DNA of 64,000 nt, taken from contig OX597814.1 of NCBI GenBank assembly GCA_951406725.2, positions 210,676,001-210,740,000 of the forward strand, in the 5' to 3' direction. The position numbers were made by a program, and so were the translations under genes. The first letter of the stretch is position 1. Every line of letters begins with the position of its first letter. This document shows, piece after piece, positions 57,927-64,000 of the stretch. The notes beneath the pieces are model-generated. The model had not been told where the DNA came from. It saw nothing but the letters and a program-made list of their open reading frames with translations, and searched no databases. The stretch is from Octopus vulgaris. Lineage: Eukaryota.

Positions 57927-59119
57927 AGCTCCAATTTTATACGATGTTCAGTTCTCAGTCACATTCACATAAACATATAAGCAGGATGCGAATCATAACT
58001 AACATATGTTTCACGACTTTTGAGCATGTATGTTTTAAGTGCTAATTTGTGAAATAACGTCATATAGATGAATCTGCCGAGGAAGTGAATTCTAGCAATA
58101 TAATTTTAACAGAGATCTCGTTAATTACGGTGATCGTAAATAAAATACTCGCGGCATTTTGAGGGCATTAACTCTTAATGCGATATTTATTGCTATGTTG
58201 TGATTAAAAGACTTGGTAGATAAATTTCATTTGCAAAATGCGTATATGTATAAAGCTCAAAGAATTTATCGTTTTACACAGCGACATGTTTATAAGTGTA
58301 GGGGTTTTATGTCAACTATTAAACGTTTCGTTATTGCAGATGTTTGACGCCCAACGCTAAAATCAAGTAGACAATAATAAGTATAATTCTGGAATGTCAG
58401 AGCTGTAAAAAAAAATATGTATACGTATACATATATAAAATTAAGCGCAGACACACCAGCACATACGCACGCACGCACACACACACACACACACATGCTC
58501 ATACACTCATACACGTACACATATATATATAAGCGGTAACGACTGACAGGTTTATTTTAAAATGTATAGTCTTGAACACACTATAAAAATCCATACAAAA
58601 CCACACCGATATGTGATACTGAATAATTGTCTATCACACACCTCTATCTGCAATATACACGAAAACATTCATGCTGATATACAAACACACGTATATATAT
58701 ATATATATATATCTACTTGTAAGTAGATGGCTGTACAAATTTGTCTATCTGAATAAGTATATTTCAAGATACATTGTTTACATAAAAATATAAGAACATC
58801 ATAAAAGTACACTGAACATCAGAGTGTCTGTAAAATAAAAAATAAAAATACCATATTTGTGCAAAAAGAAACTGCTTACGTACAGGTGGAACCTTACGCC
58901 CACGACTGTCTCGTCACGCAAACCTGCAGGCACTTACGGCACGGACGCAGGAATATTTGCTATACCTACATTTACTCCTTACTAAGACATCACCATAACC
59001 GTAATCGTTCATTCATTCTATAACATTCTCTCTACATTGCAACTAATAAGCATAAAGTGAGAAAATCATGGGATTGGGATGGGGATGGAACTCGTTCAGC
59101 GAAGATACGTTATTTATGT

Positions 59120-59340
59120 GCTCGTGGTGGCTTGGTTGGGTTGTTGGACACATTGTAGTTTCAATTCCTGGACACGTTGTTTTCTTCAGCAAAACACTTC
59201 ATGTCACGTTGCTCAGTTGGCAAAAATGAGTCATTCTGCAACAGACTGGTGTCCTGTTCAGGTGGGGACTATATACGCCATGAAAATGGGAAACTGGCCC
59301 TTATAAGTCGGTATGAGTCGAGAATATAACTTTACCTATT
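59120..59340 (+). mobile_element. Diverged SINE with Meta-domain-like 3' part
   Basis: CTGCAACAGACTGGTGTCCTGTTCAGGTGGGGACTATATACGCCATGAAAATGGGAAACTGGCCCTTAT matches the 3' part of the 19605-19880 copy. Confidence 0.75.
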
Positions 59341-61554
59341 TTTATATGACTGACTAACTGAAGCAGTCAATGGGTTAATTAGTCGACAAATGGCAATAAA
59401 ATATACATGATAATTCGTATTAAAGAAATTACTCTTATCTGATACATTTGTTTAGTAAGATTTCGCATGAAAAATATTGCAAGAAAGACTGAATTATTTA
59501 AAATTCTTCAATTCTTTCAGAAAAGAGATATCTTTGAAAGAGCACACGCACGTACAAACTCAGATACACACACATATTTGTATGCGCGCGTGTGTGAGAA
59601 TGTGGGTGCGACTGTAAGGGAGTAAGAGAGGATGAGGGAGTGAGATTATTTACGTATATACGTACATATCTGAGCAAATAAAACATCAACAATAAGTAAA
59701 CTAAATACTCAAATAAAGATAATTTACAGCTCCTCATATCTTATGTCGCTTTGAGAAGAAACATGTGCATATGGTAAAAAATATAATTTATATAATGCTC
59801 TAGAGAACTGTTTATTTCAGTCATACAGGTGTTGGATCTTGACTGCCTTTGTGCCATATATTTCTATTGTGAAAAATATGGTGGATAATATATAGTTTGT
59901 TGAAACGGAAGACCTCAAATTTCGAAGAAGTGCAGGTGATTAGATTAGTCCAAATGTATTATTGTAGCTTATTGAATATTTCAAATCAGAATACTGCGAA
60001 ATGTAGTAGACTACAAGACGGTTTTTCCGATGTCCTTGTGAATCTGCCAAGATAACAATTGGAAAGATAACAATTATGAATTTAAGAAAGATGAGTAGTG
60101 TATTTCGACTCAATTACGTTAAAGACATGCAGTTTCACCAATGAGAAGCATATACCGCACAGGCGAAACTGTAGTGGAGAATATAAAGAGAGGTACGCAA
60201 AATCTAGAATGACGTTTCTTCAGCGTTCTGCATCACTAATGCTCTTCCACGTGGAAATAATAATCATACTTCACAGAAGATAAATAATTTCGTGATGGAC
60301 TTACTGATGAATTGCATTCAAATATGAGTCGATTAAAGTGGCATTACTTCCTTCCAGAATGGCGTGTCCATTGTGTATTAGCCGTGAGAAATGAATAAAG
60401 TTAGGGACGGATTCGAGAGAAGTTGTATTGAACGGTTATTCGAAATAACCTGACAACAAAATATTAAAAGCTCGACGTGATTGAAATACTGAATGCAAAT
60501 GTATGGTGGTATGCCCACAATTCAAGCGCTGATCATTTTTCACCATTTAGATATTCAAGTTCATTATATTGGCTCTATTCATTTCATATGAATTTGCAGC
60601 ACTAGGAAAAGCAAACAAACATGAATCACATGATTACTTCATCATTTTCGGTCACCATCGTACAACAAATCATTATCTACGTTTGAAAAGATTCTGACCT
60701 CCAGTTTCAGCTTACATACTCAATCTCTTTTCTCATTCGTTTTAGCCTTTATGCATGCTACATCATCTACAATGCGTAACAACGCCACGTTTTAAAATCA
60801 CGACTACATACTTCCGCAAATGTTTGATCATTACTTCTACTAAAGGAAAACCTAGGAAATATGCGTCTTATACAATGACCACAATACATTTTTATTCATT
60901 AGTATATAGGCTGGAAAATTCCTTCGGCTGTGAAGGAAGTCTCAGAGTATTATCATTCATAAAGTATAAATAATATCATATACGAAATATGTTCTGATGT
61001 TATACTATAATAAATGCATAGAGAAATATATTATAGAATGTGATTAATGGTCATAGATAATGAGATAATGTTAGTCGATTGATAAAAAGATCTGTGTTTT
61101 CATTTATTTTGGAAAAATGAGAGTTATACAATTAAACTGGCACATTTTGCTACCTGACTCGTCTGCATTGCTTCATGCAAACGAAAAGCACACAATAAAC
61201 TCCAAAATTTTGTGGCAAGCTAATGTTGAAGATGTATTACAATTTTTTTTCTCATTTGTTTTGCAACAATCTATATTTCTGTTGCCTATATATATATTTA
61301 TGTGTCTGTGCACAGCATATCAAGCTCCAAAGACAGATCGTAATTTGGATTGCTTTAGTACAATTGGTCACAGGTGAAATGTCAAAAGGTATCTCAGTTT
61401 ACGCAATAATGAAAGCACCTGTGAGGTGGTTGAACAAAGTTAGAACTGATAGTGTTTAGAGTAAGTCATGAGTTAAATAAGATTGTGCTATATTTTGGAC
61501 AGGTCAGCTAGAGTATTCAGTGCACTGTTATCGAGGTTGACGTGTTTTGACAAG

Positions 61555-61690
61555 ATTGTTTCCAAACCGCAATATTTCTAGTTCCGTTGTACTGCATGCC
61601 ACGTATCGTCAACTAGAGCGGCAGATCAACCAAACTTTTGAAGTGAATTTGGCGGTCGGAAACAGAAAGAAAGTCATCAAGATGTGCAGA
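61555..61690 (+). mobile_element. Highly diverged group A-like SINE 5' part
   Basis: TTCCAAACCGC...GTACTGCATGCCAC...GATCAACCAAACTTTTGAAGTGAATTTGGCGGTCGGAAACAGAAAGAAAG. Confidence 0.55.
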
Positions 61691-61976
61691 GGAAAATTTA
61701 TTTGTAATCACTACAATTGTTTTCATGCGACGTAGTTCTATAGATTCGTAGGTATTTGGTTATGTAACCGTTTCCTTGTATTACGAAATCTTCTCTTTCA
61801 ACAAGTGAAATAGAAATATTGTTTCTGTGTTGCGGAATCTCATATCTTCGGTTTTGACCGCATCCTTCTTGTCTGTCGTGGGTATGCTATATAATAGTTA
61901 CTACTCGGTGTATCAGAATGTGTGTTGTGGTTGAAGATCTCTGGAGGAATATATATTTTGGAATGAATAGAGTCTA

Positions 61977-62011
<35 letters not shown>

Positions 62012-62015
<4 letters not shown>

Positions 62016-62290
62016 GTGAATGAATTATCCTATGTTTATCGTCAGTATGGAAAATTCGTCGAACCGAAATCAGGGTAGCAAATTCACGTCAGAAACACGG
62101 CTGAAGCGACCTGTCCAAGGGTAGAAACTCTGGGTTCATGTGCAGAAATTTGTGTGTTGTATATGAATAAATGAAAGAATGGAGTCGAACGAAGATGTTA
62201 ACAAAATTCCTTTACTTTCGACATAGTTTCGAAGATAACATGGTTTCATTCCAAGGGAATAAAGGGTGCATTATGCAATTTTTCTCATAT
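62012..62290 (-). mobile_element. Insert between TA-rich arrays with a 5'-truncated hammerhead-like motif
   Basis: Minus strand 62288-62215 reads ATGA-GAAAA...TCTTC-GAAA-CTATG-TC; the CTG part of the core is lost at the TA junction. Confidence 0.45.
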
Positions 62291-63002
62291 ATATACATAT
62301 GTATGTATAGGTAGGTAGGTAGGTAGAAATCTCACCCCCATTAAAAAATTGCCATTCAAATGTTGGGTTATCTCCCCAATAAAAAGTCAAGTTAATGTGA
62401 CGACAATAGTTTGGATTAAAAGAGTTAGATCCTTTTAATTCAATACTTCAACACATTGCTGACATTTAGCTTCCTCACTGGTCATGATATGATTTGTTAT
62501 AAAAATATTATCAGATTCAGTAAGATGGTTAATGTTTTCATTTCCATGTTTATTAATTTTTTTCAGTTTTGTATGATTTGTTATAAAAATATTATCAGAT
62601 TCAAAACGATGTTTCATCTTTTCACTTTTTGTGCTTATTAATTTTATCGTATTTTTTAAATTTATTTATGGTGGGTTAAACATTTTTTTAGTTGAGGAAG
62701 ATAAACAAAAATTATCGGTAATTTTCGTAAAAGTGGGGGTGGGGCGGATAATCTAATTTTTAAAATACGTACCGGTATGTATACCAACACACACATATAT
62801 ATGTATGTATGAATACCAACATACCTCTGTATATGTGTGAGTATGTGTGCATGCGTGTACGTGTGTTGATTACGTAATACGTGTTCCCTTGACATATATT
62901 CGATTTCATATTATGCTATTCACTCGACCAAAAGCTATTGTATGAAGCATATGTGTATTGAGATCACATATTAGATAATTGCCATGGTTATGTCTAAGCT
63001 GA

Positions 63003-63066
<64 letters not shown>

Positions 63067-63072
<6 letters not shown>

Positions 63073-63250
63073 GGAGAGTTTACGAAAAAAACAAAAGACG
63101 AAGACAGGTGGTATACAAAATAAACAGATGTATTAGTATAACGCTTAGGAATAGTAAAAAGTATTTTACCTTTCGAGCCTACGCTCTTCTACAGAAAGAG
63201 ACACAGAAAAAACAAGGAGAGAAATAAATGTGTGCAACGGCTAACGATCT
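63067..63250 (-). mobile_element. Short hammerhead-bearing repeat next to (TA)n (related family)
   Basis: Minus strand 63197-63164 reads TTT-CTGTAGA-A-GAGC-GTAG-GCTC-GAAA-GG-TA-AAA. Confidence 0.65.
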
Positions 63251-64000
63251 ATTAGAAAGAAAAGAAATGTAATTGTCACAGAGTTTGTATAATGAAATTT
63301 ATGGTGATGTATGTGTGTTTTTATGCGTGGGTGTGTGTCTTTCTCTTTACGTTTGTACTCCAGCACCGATCGACAACCTTACGAACTAACAGTTCGGCAA
63401 ACAAGTCGTATAAAATAAATACTGACATAAAAATATGTACCGTCCATGTTTTTTTCGCATAAGCCATTCAAGATGCGTGATATTGCAATCCCACTAATTG
63501 CGCAGAAACAAATGAAAGTAATCATGTATGTTATAATTTCAACTTGCAGTAAATTACTATATTTTATAGAGAACATAAATTCGATTTTTCCACCGCAATA
63601 AAAGTATTAGTAAACATGAAATATTGCAATACATTTTATTGTTCTTGAAAGAGAATTTTAGGAAAATTACTGATTAACCTGATTTTACACTGTCCTGTGT
63701 ATTGTCGAGAGCTAAAGAATTTTACATGAAGCTAAATGTCAAGTTATGAGACACAAGGTACGAGCTGGGGTTGCGATTATGCATAGTACGAGCATCTATG
63801 TCAGTATATCCTTGAGAGCATAAATGATGGTAACTACTCCTGCAGGTTTTACATCATAAGGCAAGGACTACCAAGTTCATAGTTGTAAAATCCCTCTATG
63901 AGGAAAGACAGATTGCAATTTTTCTTGGGCAGAATTGGTTAAACGGCATACACTTATATTGATTTCTTTGTCATCGCCAATGTCCTGTATACGTAAGAGC

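Overview
AT-rich, repeat-dense eukaryotic DNA with no intact protein-coding gene I can support. The SINE families and the density of (TA)n/(CA)n/(TATC)n arrays suggest an octopus (cephalopod) genome; this is inferred from recognising the repeats, not from a search. Most listed ORFs are microsatellite translations. Supported content: two CR1-group LINE remnants; four mariner remnants, one near full length with TIRs and TA target sites; a decayed Penelope-like element (RT plus GIY-YIG) with a partial tandem repeat; three tRNA-derived SINE groups, several with target-site duplications; two candidate non-coding exons on the minus strand. The most notable signal is a set of short inserts in or beside (TA)n arrays that carry minimal type I hammerhead-ribozyme folds with different core variants. 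One of them, at 55808-55858, is structurally complete and has the compensatory G3-C8 core swap (GUGAACA instead of CUGANGA).
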